Below are positions 9,501-18,441 of a stretch of DNA of 64,000 nt, one piece after another. Each line of letters begins with the position of its first letter. Position 1 is the stretch's first letter. Under the pieces are notes generated by a model. That model ran no database searches. It had not been told where the DNA came from and saw only the letters and a program-made list of their open reading frames with translations. Position numbers and translations under genes: made by a program. Source of the stretch: Pseudomonadota bacterium (GTDB lineage: Bacteria > Bdellovibrionota_B > Oligoflexia > Oligoflexales > RGVZ01); assembly GCA_041178085.1 (NCBI GenBank), contig JBEGVZ010000114.1, positions 265-64,264 of the forward strand, written 5' to 3'.

Positions 9501-9822
9501 TTACCAACTTTGTTGAGCTACTGCAGCGGCAAGTGGAGGAATCTTTCTCCACTTGTCGACAAAGCTTTTCGCATCCGGAGCAAGAGGAATTTCCGAATCA
9601 GAAAGAAAGTTCGCCAGCGTTTCGTAAAGTTTCCTGCGCCCCTCTGAAAAAAAATCCTGATGCCACCGGTCCTGACGAAGATAGAACAATGGCACCGGCT
9701 TTTTGCGGCTCTTCAAGATCATCTGAAGTTGATGCGGAGAACATGCCAGTCTGACTGACATTTCCGTAAACAAGTCCAACCACCGCGCCAACGGCGGCGC
9801 CACCTTTGAACCAGCTCTTCAA
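9501..9822 (-). pseudogene. YtxH-like small membrane protein split by a frameshift in a T8 run (or assembly error)
   Basis: Frame A gives KSWFKGGAAVGAVVGLVYG (Gly-zipper TM segment). Frame B gives SEGRRKLYETLANFLSD...DKWRK. The two frames join if one T is removed from the homopolymer at 9647-9654. Confidence 0.35.
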
Positions 9823-9928
9823 AAAGCGAGCAAGACCAGATCCAGCCGGCGACGAAGGAGTTTACATACTGGTAAATAACTGAGGAGCCGACGCAGATTG
9901 ACGCCGCATTGCGATGCTTTTTGGAGAG

Positions 9929-10005
<77 letters not shown>

Positions 10006-10020
10006 ATTCTGAAGGACCCT

Positions 10021-11679
10021 TTATCTACTGCGCTTTTTGGCCGTTGTCGATAGGACAATCATGTCGCCATCCGCCAGTTCAACCGGCAAGCGTCCCCCAC
10101 GAATTTCGTGGGTTTTACCGCTCAAAACATCCCGGTAAGAGCCGTCTGGCATCGTCAAGTGGCTGATTTCAAAGGCGTCTGATCCACTGCGCGGGTTTTT
10201 CGAGGTAGCAAAGAAGACCTTCTGATCACCGTCCACTCGCTCAAACGCCACGATGTTCCGTGACAGGTGAACCAAGTGGGTGTCCCCGTAACGGAGGGCG
10301 GCGTTCGCCTTGCGCAGTCCGGCCAGCTTCTGAATCAGGCGATAGAATTCGTGACTTTCATCAAACTGTTTCATCATCGGGCGGTTGTAGGGATCACCGT
10401 CGTCGCCGGGAACGAAAAGGTCTTGCTCCAGGCCATAGTAGACACAAGGGATTCCGCGCATGGCGAACATGAGTCCGATTGTCTGGCGCATGCGCCGCGC
10501 TTCCAGGCCTTCGCCACGCAGGCGGGTCATGTCGTGGTTGTCGATGAATGTGACCAGGCCACGGGCGTCGCCAAGGCGGGGATCTTCGGTCCACAGTTTG
10601 CGCAAAAGTTCAAAGCTGCCGTCTTCCATGAAGGCGCTTTTGGCTGCGTAACGCAGTTCGAAATCAAACAAGGTCATCTGGTTGTCGCGGTAGAATTCCT
10701 GGAAACTCGGCATCTGGGTCCACTCACCGTAGAACTCGCCGATGTTTTCCATCGGGCCGTATTTTTTCTCCAGATAGCCTTCGAGTTTTTGCCAGAACGG
10801 GGTCGGCACATGGCGGACTGCGTCAAAACGGAAGCCCTTCAGGTTGGGGACTTTCGACAGCCAGAAGTCGTGTGAATCGTAGAGATACTTCTTCACGTCC
10901 GGGTTAGTCTGGTCAAGATCCGCCAGATAGGCGAGCTGATGATAGACCAGTTGGAACGGATCATCGAAGTCCTCGATCGGACCGTAGGGATGGAACCAGC
11001 CGTCTTTGGTGCCCAGGCCTGCCATGAACTCTCCATCGCGAAAAAGCGCGCCCCGCCTTGCTTCTGCCGGCAGTCCCGGGACCGGATCAATCCTGTGCAG
11101 GTAATCAAGGCTTTCGCGCGTCGCGTTGGCCGGATTTGTGTGGTTGTTGACTGTATCCATGTAGATACCAAGCTCAGGGCCCGCCTTGCGGCCCAATTCG
11201 TCAACAATCGCGAAATCTTCCGTTCCGTGATCGGTGAAAAACGGGTTCAGACGAAAGGCATCGGCCATCCAGTACCCATGGTAGGAGAAAACTTCTGCCG
11301 GCTGGTTCTTGCGCTTGAACTTGACGGAAACGTGCTGGTTTTCAAAAACCGGCGTAAGCCAGAGCCGCGTGACGCCAAGGCGCTTGATGTATCCAAGGCG
11401 ATCGATGATCCCGCGCAAGTCGCCGCCAAAGTATTTGAAGTAATTGCGGTGGGTCGGGTCGCAAAAACGCCCTTCGTGCAGGCAGTCGTTGGCCTTGTTG
11501 CCGTTGGCAAAACGGTCAACGAAAACCTGGTAGATGACTTCGTTGCCGATGTTCTTCGACGGCAGGTCTGAGTTTTCGTCACGGTGGGAAAACCACTCGT
11601 TGCGCTCCGCCGTGACCTCTGCAAAGGCCGGTAATGCACAAAGTGCCGTGGCGGCAAAAAGAATCCTCATGAATTTCAC
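10021..11679 (-). CDS. Secreted GH13 alpha-amylase-family glycoside hydrolase
   Basis: Signal peptide. GH13 regions GFRFDAVRHV, an EFYGEW-type acid/base region and FIDNHD. GTG start 6 nt after GGAGG, overlapping the GT9 stop (GTGA). Confidence 0.9.
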   Translation of the reverse strand: MKFMRILFAATALCALPAFAEVTAERNEWFSHRDENSDLPSKNIGNEVIYQVFVDRFANGNKANDCLHEGRFCDPTHRNYFKYFGGDLRGIIDRLGYIKRLGVTRLWLTPVFENQHVSVKFKRKNQPAEVFSYHGYWMADAFRLNPFFTDHGTEDFAIVDELGRKAGPELGIYMDTVNNHTNPANATRESLDYLHRIDPVPGLPAEARRGALFRDGEFMAGLGTKDGWFHPYGPIEDFDDPFQLVYHQLAYLADLDQTNPDVKKYLYDSHDFWLSKVPNLKGFRFDAVRHVPTPFWQKLEGYLEKKYGPMENIGEFYGEWTQMPSFQEFYRDNQMTLFDFELRYAAKSAFMEDGSFELLRKLWTEDPRLGDARGLVTFIDNHDMTRLRGEGLEARRMRQTIGLMFAMRGIPCVYYGLEQDLFVPGDDGDPYNRPMMKQFDESHEFYRLIQKLAGLRKANAALRYGDTHLVHLSRNIVAFERVDGDQKVFFATSKNPRSGSDAFEISHLTMPDGSYRDVLSGKTHEIRGGRLPVELADGDMIVLSTTAKKRSR

Positions 11680-12821
11680 CGGTCACCTCCTGGGATTGCT
11701 GCCAGCAAGTCCGCTGTCGCGGCACGGATGCTGGCCACTGGTACTTCGTTGAAGCACTTGGGCTCGTTCGTACAACTTTTCTTCCAGCACGGAGAACAGC
11801 CAACACTGGCCTGGATTTTTACCCCGCGCTCGTAAAGGTCAACTTCCTGCGCACAGCTCACCCCGAACCAGGCGATCACTGGCTTGCCCAGGGCGATCGC
11901 AATGTGCATGCCGAGAGAACAGCCTGACAACACCACGTCGGCGGCATCCATCCACAGGATGCCGGAGCGAAGACCGCCTGTGGTCGGCGTATTGATCACA
12001 CCGGCATCCGTGGCGAAGGCCGCCTTCATCGCTGCCTGGCGTTCGGTGTCTTCGCGGCCGCCAAGGAGGGCCACGGCACAATCCGGAAACGACTCGCGCC
12101 ACATCTTGATGACTTCAATGCTCCGCTCAACCGTGAACTTTTTATACGGATAGAGAAGCGAGCAGCCGGTGTTGTAGCCAATCACCGCACGCCACGGGGA
12201 TTTTCCATTGCGTTCGCGCAGGCTGGCACGCCGTGCGGCAGCCTCGCTCTTTTCCATTTCTGACATGGCAAAAACATAGGGATCGCGCTGCCACTGCAGG
12301 CCCATCGTCTCTGTGATCTGCTGGGTTTCGGGCTTCTGGTTGACGAAAAACTTCAAGTGGTCGTTCAGACCAAGGTCGTACTGATATTTGGCCTCTTCAT
12401 TGAGCGGACGTATGATACCGCTACGGTCCAGGCCGAAACCGCGTTTGACCCGGGCGTGGATCGTCTCGGCCAGAGCTCCGGCCTCTAGCGACTTGTCGAC
12501 GGCAAAAAGGAAATCAAATTCCAGGTGGGACAGCACCGCCTGGGTTACGGAATCGACCACGATCAGACGGTCGATCAGGGGATTGTTTTCCAGAAGCGCG
12601 CGAGCGTTCGGCAAAGTGATCCAGGTGATGTGGCAGTCCGGCCACTCGCGCTTGATGGCAGGCAACAGGCAGGTTGACCTCAAGACTGCGCCAAGCGCCT
12701 CAAGGCTCAGGACCGCTACCCGGTTCCTGACCGGGGCGTAGTCGCCGCAACCATCGCAAGGCCGCTTGAAGCGGCAGGGCTTGTAGCCTGTAAAGTGCCT
12801 GCAATCTGTCCGGTAACCCAT
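11676..12821 (-). CDS. Glycosyltransferase family 9 (heptosyltransferase-like) with N- and C-terminal Cys clusters
   Basis: GT9-type C-terminal motif GCSLGMHIAIALGKPVIAWFG. N-terminal CRHFTGYKPCRFKRPCDGCGDY and C-terminal CSPCWKKSCTNEPKC. Start chosen at ATG 12821; an upstream ATG at 12884 is possible. Confidence 0.8.
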   Translation of the reverse strand: MGYRTDCRHFTGYKPCRFKRPCDGCGDYAPVRNRVAVLSLEALGAVLRSTCLLPAIKREWPDCHITWITLPNARALLENNPLIDRLIVVDSVTQAVLSHLEFDFLFAVDKSLEAGALAETIHARVKRGFGLDRSGIIRPLNEEAKYQYDLGLNDHLKFFVNQKPETQQITETMGLQWQRDPYVFAMSEMEKSEAAARRASLRERNGKSPWRAVIGYNTGCSLLYPYKKFTVERSIEVIKMWRESFPDCAVALLGGREDTERQAAMKAAFATDAGVINTPTTGGLRSGILWMDAADVVLSGCSLGMHIAIALGKPVIAWFGVSCAQEVDLYERGVKIQASVGCSPCWKKSCTNEPKCFNEVPVASIRAATADLLAAIPGGDR

Positions 12822-12848
12822 TCCGTTCCGATTCCAATCGACAGGGGT

Positions 12849-12854
12849 TATAAT
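12849..12854 (+). promoter_or_regulatory. Candidate -10 box for ldcA
   Basis: Perfect TATAAT 31 nt upstream of the ldcA ATG, in the divergent GT9/ldcA gap. No convincing -35 element. Confidence 0.3.
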
Positions 12855-12884
12855 CTGTCCACTACCAGCAACAACGGACCGCAA

Positions 12885-13847
12885 ATGCCATCTGCCAAAC
12901 CTGTGATCCGCATCGTCAGAACTTCCAGCCGGGAACAGAACGATCTTCTACCCGGGCGGATCGAGGAGTTTCAACGCGCCGGTGTCCAGGTGATCTTCGA
13001 TGATCTCCCGGCCGATCCCAGTTGGGCTTACGTCGCGGCTCCCGCTGATCTTAGAGCCCGATTGCTTACCACAGCCTTGCTGGAAAATGAAACGACTGTT
13101 GTGATGTGTGCCAGGGGTGGCTACGGCGCTTCCGACCTGCTACCACTTCTGCCCTGGGAAAGGCTGCGCAAGGCAGCGGCCCGCCCCAAAATTCTCGTCG
13201 GATTTTCGGATACTTCGGCCTTGCACAGCGCCCTTTGGCACAAGCTTGGCTGGCCGGGGATCCACGGCCCGATGCCGGCGACATCGCTTTGGGCTGAAGG
13301 CGCAATCGAAAACCCAGGTGTGCATGGGGACATCACGCGGCTCCTGGAGATCATCCACGGCCGGGAAACGGGCGCCTCGATCACCCTTGAATCAATCCAC
13401 AGCGGCGGTGCCGGACCAGTCGAATGCCGAGGCTGGCTGTTTGGTGGCTGCTTCAGCGTCCTGACCAACTTGATCGGGACGCCATACCTGCCGGCGAGCC
13501 TTGACGGAGCAATCCTGTTTTTCGAAGACATCGGCGAGCACCCGGCTCGCCTCGTGCGCTTCCTGAACCAGTGGAGTCAGGCCGGACTCCTCAAGGGTGT
13601 CCGCGGAGTGATCTGGGGCACCCTGACCCAATTAGGGCAGAACATCCCGGACAACGCTCCATTTGTTTATCAGGAACTCGCGCGACGCCTTGGGGAAATC
13701 CCGTGCTGGAAGTCGCGCGACTTCGGTCATGTGGCGCCAAACTGGCCACTTGGTATCGGAGCTGATGCCCGCATCTCTCATGCACGGGACGGCGTCGTGA
13801 AAATGCAGTGGAATCTTGCGAAACCCCTTGGTGGAGTCGTGGCGTGA
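12885..13847 (+). CDS. ldcA: LD-carboxypeptidase (muramoyltetrapeptide carboxypeptidase, S66)
   Basis: Nucleophile motif GFSDTSALH and S66-like length. Start moved to MPSAKPVIRIV. Stop overlaps the mpl start. Confidence 0.85.
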   Translation: MPSAKPVIRIVRTSSREQNDLLPGRIEEFQRAGVQVIFDDLPADPSWAYVAAPADLRARLLTTALLENETTVVMCARGGYGASDLLPLLPWERLRKAAARPKILVGFSDTSALHSALWHKLGWPGIHGPMPATSLWAEGAIENPGVHGDITRLLEIIHGRETGASITLESIHSGGAGPVECRGWLFGGCFSVLTNLIGTPYLPASLDGAILFFEDIGEHPARLVRFLNQWSQAGLLKGVRGVIWGTLTQLGQNIPDNAPFVYQELARRLGEIPCWKSRDFGHVAPNWPLGIGADARISHARDGVVKMQWNLAKPLGGVVA

Positions 13848-15295
13848 AAAAGGTCTATTTTGTTGGCATTGGCGGCACGGGGATGGCATCCGTGGCAGGT
13901 CTCATGCAGTCGGCCGGCTACCAGATCAGCGGCAGCGATGTGGGCATCTACCCACCCATGTCGACCATGCTGGAAGAGCTGAAAATCCCGGTGTTTTCAC
14001 CATACAACGAGGAAAATATCCGGCGCGCCGCGCCAGACCTGGTGGTGATCGCCAACGCCCTCAGCCGGGGCAACGTCGAACTGGAGTATGTCCTTTCGGC
14101 TGGAATTCCCTACACCAGCTTCCCGGCGATTTGCGGTGACACTTTCATCAAGGACCGGGTCGGCGTGGTGGTCACTGGCACCCATGGCAAGACCACCACG
14201 ACGTCGCTCCTGGCCCACATCCTGACTGAACTGGGTGAGGATCCGGGTTTTGTAGTTGGCGGAATTCCGCGGAACTTCCCGCGTAGCTTCCACCTTGGCA
14301 GGGGCAAGACCTTTATTATTGAAGGCGACGAATACGACACCGCGTTTTTCGACAAGGGCCCCAAGTTCCTGCACTACTATCCAAACCACCTGATCCTGAA
14401 CAACCTCGAGTATGACCACGCCGACATCTATCCAAACGTTGAGGCGATTGAGGCCCAATTCGCCAAGCTTTGCGGTATCGTCCCAGCCAATGGTGTCATA
14501 TTTGCCAACGTCGACGACCCTGGCATTGCGCGCCTGCTCGGCAAGGTATCACCGGCCGCCAAAGTGGTGAAGGTTTCCACCAGCGGGCAAACCCCGGGCG
14601 CTGAAGTGAGCGTGCGTGGCATAACGGCCCGCGCCGACGGGCCTGAAGAACAGATTTGGACGGCCCGCATCCAGACCAGGACTTTGGGTGAGATCGCCAT
14701 CGAAACGCACCTGTCCGGGAAGCACAACATCGCCAATATTGCCCAGGTCATCGCCTGCATCGAATCACTGGCAAAACTTGGCCACTTGAAAAACCCCCTG
14801 ACCGCAGAGCGCATCCAGGCAGCACTTGCCTCCTTCAAGAACGTAAAGAGACGACTGGATCATCTGGCAAGCGGCAAAGGTATCGATGTTTACGAAGACT
14901 TCGCCCACCATCCAACAGCTGTCGGCCTGGTGATCGAGGGATTCCGGACGGCCTATCCGGGACGCCGGCTCCTAGTCGCATTCGACCCGCGGAACGCAAC
15001 CAGTCGCAGGAATGTCTTTCAAGACGCTTTTGCCCAAAAATTAGGCATGGCGGACCGCGTTTTCATCGGCCCCTGTCCTGAAGACAAGCGGATTCCAGTA
15101 GACCAGCGGATGGACACGCGGGCGATGGCTTCTTCGATTGGCGAAAAAGCGCGGGCCTACGACAGCCACGAGGCACTGCTGGATGCGCTCAAAGGCACTC
15201 TCCACAAGGGTGACGCAGTCATTTTCATGTCCAGCGGAAGCTTCAACGGAATCCAGCACGAGCTGGCGCGGCAGGTCAAAGAGGGCAATGCTTAG
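13844..15295 (+). CDS. mpl: UDP-N-acetylmuramate:L-Ala-gamma-D-Glu-meso-DAP ligase
   Basis: VKKVYFVGIGGTGMASVAG, Mpl-typical SGSDxxxYPPMSTML, GTHGKTTT P-loop, EGDEYDTAFFDK and NNLEYDHADI. GTG start overlaps the ldcA stop (GTGA). Confidence 0.9.
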   Translation: MKKVYFVGIGGTGMASVAGLMQSAGYQISGSDVGIYPPMSTMLEELKIPVFSPYNEENIRRAAPDLVVIANALSRGNVELEYVLSAGIPYTSFPAICGDTFIKDRVGVVVTGTHGKTTTTSLLAHILTELGEDPGFVVGGIPRNFPRSFHLGRGKTFIIEGDEYDTAFFDKGPKFLHYYPNHLILNNLEYDHADIYPNVEAIEAQFAKLCGIVPANGVIFANVDDPGIARLLGKVSPAAKVVKVSTSGQTPGAEVSVRGITARADGPEEQIWTARIQTRTLGEIAIETHLSGKHNIANIAQVIACIESLAKLGHLKNPLTAERIQAALASFKNVKRRLDHLASGKGIDVYEDFAHHPTAVGLVIEGFRTAYPGRRLLVAFDPRNATSRRNVFQDAFAQKLGMADRVFIGPCPEDKRIPVDQRMDTRAMASSIGEKARAYDSHEALLDALKGTLHKGDAVIFMSSGSFNGIQHELARQVKEGNA

Positions 15296-15374
15296 AGCTG
15301 TGATGTTAACAGCTTGCAATTTCCGGCCGGAGTCGGCAGGCTACGGAATAGCGATTTTATCGAAGGAGACTCGC

Positions 15375-15878
15375 ATGTTTTTCAAGAAGGTTTTCTCTGT
15401 TGCAGCAGTTGTAGTTGCTGTTGGAGTTGCGGCTTCCGGATGTACGGACGACAAGAAAAAGACTGCTGAAGCTGTCGCCGGCGGTTCTGGCGAACCTGCA
15501 GCACCTGGGTCGTCTGGCGACAGTGCCAAGACCATCGGTGGCGTGACCGTGAGCCCGGTTTATTTCAGCTTCGATGACTACACCGTCAGCTCCTCTTCCC
15601 AGTCCCAGCTGAACTCCATGGCGGAGCAGCTCAAGGCAAACCCGGGCACCGTGATCCAAATTGAAGGTCACTGTGACGAGCGCGGATCGATCGAATACAA
15701 CCTTGCCCTCGGTGAGCGCCGTGCTTCCGCGGTCAAGAGCTACCTGACCAACCTCGGCATTGAATCTGCTCGTCTTTCGACCATCAGCTACGGCGAAGAG
15801 CGCCCGGCCAACGACGGTCACACCGAAGACGCATGGCAGAAAAACCGCCGCGCGGAATTCAACGTAACCAAGCAATAA
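15375..15878 (+). CDS. pal: Peptidoglycan-associated lipoprotein (OmpA-domain)
   Basis: AAGGAG Shine-Dalgarno. MFFKKVFSVAAVVVAVGVAASGC lipobox. OmpA_C motifs GHCDERGSIEYNLALGERRA and NRRAEF. Confidence 0.9.
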   Translation: MFFKKVFSVAAVVVAVGVAASGCTDDKKKTAEAVAGGSGEPAAPGSSGDSAKTIGGVTVSPVYFSFDDYTVSSSSQSQLNSMAEQLKANPGTVIQIEGHCDERGSIEYNLALGERRASAVKSYLTNLGIESARLSTISYGEERPANDGHTEDAWQKNRRAEFNVTKQ

Positions 15879-15910
15879 CAAGCCTTCTGCCACCACGGTG
15901 GCCGAAAGCC

Positions 15911-15944
15911 AGGGGCCCGGGGGTTAAAACCCTTGGGCCTTTTA
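15911..15944 (+). terminator. Rho-independent terminator after pal
   Basis: GGCCCGGGGGTT / AACCCTTGGGCC stem (two G-U pairs) followed by TTTT. Confidence 0.6.
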
Positions 15945-16045
15945 CTTTTCCCCTGCCTTTAATGAATTGAAAAACCCCAATCGAAAAGATAACTTCGGTG
16001 TTCTGATCACTGCGTCCAGCCTGCGGGCTGTTGGAGGATACCGTT

Positions 16046-17614
16046 GTGGATTCTATCGTCATTGTTGCCCTCGCCATCGCCGGTTTGGCGGTCGGCTTGC
16101 TCGTTTTTGGAGTTTTCTTTCACCGCCGCCAACTGGCCTTGGCCTTTGAAAACGCCCAGTCAGACTCAAAAAGAATTCTGGAAGAGGCGCGCCGCGAAGC
16201 TGATCACCTGATCAAGTCTGCCGTTCGCGAAACCAAGGAAGAAAGCAGGCGCCACCGCCAATCGTTCGAGGACGAGGCGCGACAGCGTCGTGCCGAAGTG
16301 CAAAAACTTGAACAAAAGCTGAAACAACGGGAAGAAGCGCTCGACAAGAAGATTTCCCTTCTCGACAAACGCGAAAAGGACATGGCCAACCAGGAGACCC
16401 GGTTGCTGGCCGAAGAGCAGCGCTACCAGAGGTTGAATGCCGAGCACGAGAAATCCATCGAGCGGACAGCGAAGATGCTCGAGCAGATTGCCAGCATGTC
16501 ACCAGAGGACGCCAAGCGCGAGCTGATGCGTACCATGGAGGCCGAGGCCCGCAAAGAAGCCCAGGAAGTCATCCGCAGGATTGAGGAAGAAACCAAGATC
16601 GAAGCCGAAAACCGTGCACGATCGGCATTGAGTCTTGCCGTACAGCGGATCTCTGGCGAGTTTGTCAGCGACTCCACCGTATCCGTGGTTGCTCTGCCTT
16701 CCGAAGACATGAAGGGGCGCATCATCGGACGCGAAGGCCGCAACATCCGTGCACTGGAGCAGGCAACTGGCGTCGACCTCATCATCGACGACACGCCAGA
16801 GGCCGTAATCATTTCCTGCTTCAATCCCGTCCGCCGCGAAATCGCGAAAACGACGCTCGAGCGACTGATCGGTGATGGGCGCATCCATCCTGCGCGGATC
16901 GAAGAAACTGCGAAGCGTGTCGAGACCGAGTTTGACCAGATCCTTCAGGAAACGGGCGATCAGGCTTGCTTCGAAACCGGGATCACTGACCTCCATCCAG
17001 AGCTGGTAAAACTTCTCGGCCGACTGAAGTACCGCACTGCCGGGCAGAAGAGTGTTCTCGCCCACGCCATTGAAACTGCGCATCTATGCGGAATCCTGGC
17101 TGGCGAGATGGGACTGAACGTCAAGAAAGCAAAACGTGCAGGCTTGTTGCACGATGTCGGTAAAGCGGTTGGCCAGGAGGTCGAAGGACACCACAGCCAG
17201 ATTGGCGCTGATTTCTGTGCCCGCTACAACGAATCTGCGGACATCGTCGACGCAATCCGGCTCCACCATTCGGAAGACCTTTCATTTGCCTCGCCGCTGG
17301 CCATAATCCTCCACACGGCGAACCTGCTTTCGGCAAGCCGGACCGGGGCCCGCAAGGAACAGCTTGAGTCTTACGTGAAGCGCCTTGAAAACATGGAAAA
17401 CGTCGTCCGCTCCATGCGCGGCGTGGAAGAAACCTACGTGATCCAGGCCGGCCGGGAAGTCCGTGTGATCGTCAATCCGGCCGCACTCGGCGACCAGGAA
17501 GCCTCCGACCTTGCGTCTGAAATTGCTTCGCGCCTTCGTCAGGAAATCACGTTCCCTGGCCAGGTCAAGATCACCGTGCTGCGTGAAAGCAAGGGCGTGG
17601 ACTACGCCAAGTGA
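16046..17614 (+). CDS. rny: Ribonuclease Y
   Basis: N-terminal TM helix, long Glu/Arg/Lys coiled coil, KH region (GRIIGREGRNIRALE) and HD domain (LLHDVGKA). GTG 16046 lies 7 nt after GGAGGA; TTG 16031 is the ORF-track start. Confidence 0.9.
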   Translation: MDSIVIVALAIAGLAVGLLVFGVFFHRRQLALAFENAQSDSKRILEEARREADHLIKSAVRETKEESRRHRQSFEDEARQRRAEVQKLEQKLKQREEALDKKISLLDKREKDMANQETRLLAEEQRYQRLNAEHEKSIERTAKMLEQIASMSPEDAKRELMRTMEAEARKEAQEVIRRIEEETKIEAENRARSALSLAVQRISGEFVSDSTVSVVALPSEDMKGRIIGREGRNIRALEQATGVDLIIDDTPEAVIISCFNPVRREIAKTTLERLIGDGRIHPARIEETAKRVETEFDQILQETGDQACFETGITDLHPELVKLLGRLKYRTAGQKSVLAHAIETAHLCGILAGEMGLNVKKAKRAGLLHDVGKAVGQEVEGHHSQIGADFCARYNESADIVDAIRLHHSEDLSFASPLAIILHTANLLSASRTGARKEQLESYVKRLENMENVVRSMRGVEETYVIQAGREVRVIVNPAALGDQEASDLASEIASRLRQEITFPGQVKITVLRESKGVDYAK

Positions 17615-18441
17615 TGAGGATCCTTGCCATCGGCGACGTGATGGGCAAGGCCGGACGGCAGGCTTTGAGCCACTTCTTGCCTGGCCTTCGCCGCGAGTTG
17701 AATCCGGATGTCGTGCTCGTGAACGGCGAAAACGCAGCCGGCGGGTTCGGCCTCACGGAAAAAATCTACGACCAGTTCATCACCCAGATGGAAATCGATT
17801 GCATCACGATGGGCAACCACTGGCACGACAAGCGTGAGTTTGTTCGCTTCGCCGAGCAGGCCCCGCGGATGGTGCTGCCTGCCAACATGATGAACGTGAA
17901 CGACCCGTCCAAGGGCGTAAAGGTGTTGCGATCCCGCTCAGGCAAGGAATTTGCCGTCATGAACGTGATTGGCAAGGCTTTCATGCACCCCGACAACCAC
18001 TCGCCGTTTCCTTTCATCGAACGGATGCTGGATATGATTCCGGCCGCTGTGCGGGTCCGGATCCTTGATGTGCACGCAGAGGCAACCAGTGAGAAGCAAG
18101 GCATTGGCCAGCATCTGGCCGGACGCGTTTCGCTGGTATATGGCACGCACTCTCACGTACCAACTGCCGACGAGCGAATCATCGACAAGAAGACCGGCTT
18201 TATCACGGATCTGGGAATGACCGGTCCGTATGACTCCGTGATCGGAATCCGGAAAGAGGCCGCTATCAAACGGCTGATGACTGGTGAAAAACAAAACTTC
18301 CAGCCTGCAAGCGGTAACCGGTGGCTATGTGCCGTTGTGACGGACATTGACGAGTCTACCGGGCATTGCCAGCGTATTTCGCGCATCAGGCTTGAGTCTG
18401 AGGAAACAGACAAGGGTAAAGAAAGGGACGACGAACCATGA
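17614..18441 (+). CDS. ymdB: YmdB-family metallophosphoesterase (2',3'-cyclic-nucleotide phosphodiesterase)
   Basis: MRILAIGDVMGKAGR, VNGENAAGGFG and GNHWHD motifs. Start overlaps the rny stop (TGATG). Confidence 0.9.
   Translation: MRILAIGDVMGKAGRQALSHFLPGLRRELNPDVVLVNGENAAGGFGLTEKIYDQFITQMEIDCITMGNHWHDKREFVRFAEQAPRMVLPANMMNVNDPSKGVKVLRSRSGKEFAVMNVIGKAFMHPDNHSPFPFIERMLDMIPAAVRVRILDVHAEATSEKQGIGQHLAGRVSLVYGTHSHVPTADERIIDKKTGFITDLGMTGPYDSVIGIRKEAAIKRLMTGEKQNFQPASGNRWLCAVVTDIDESTGHCQRISRIRLESEETDKGKERDDEP

Noticed and set aside
15138-15374. N-terminal extension of the pal ORF overlapping the mpl 3' end
   Set aside because: ATG 15375 is preceded by AAGGAG and begins a classical lipoprotein signal. 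The upstream part is simply the mpl region read in another frame.
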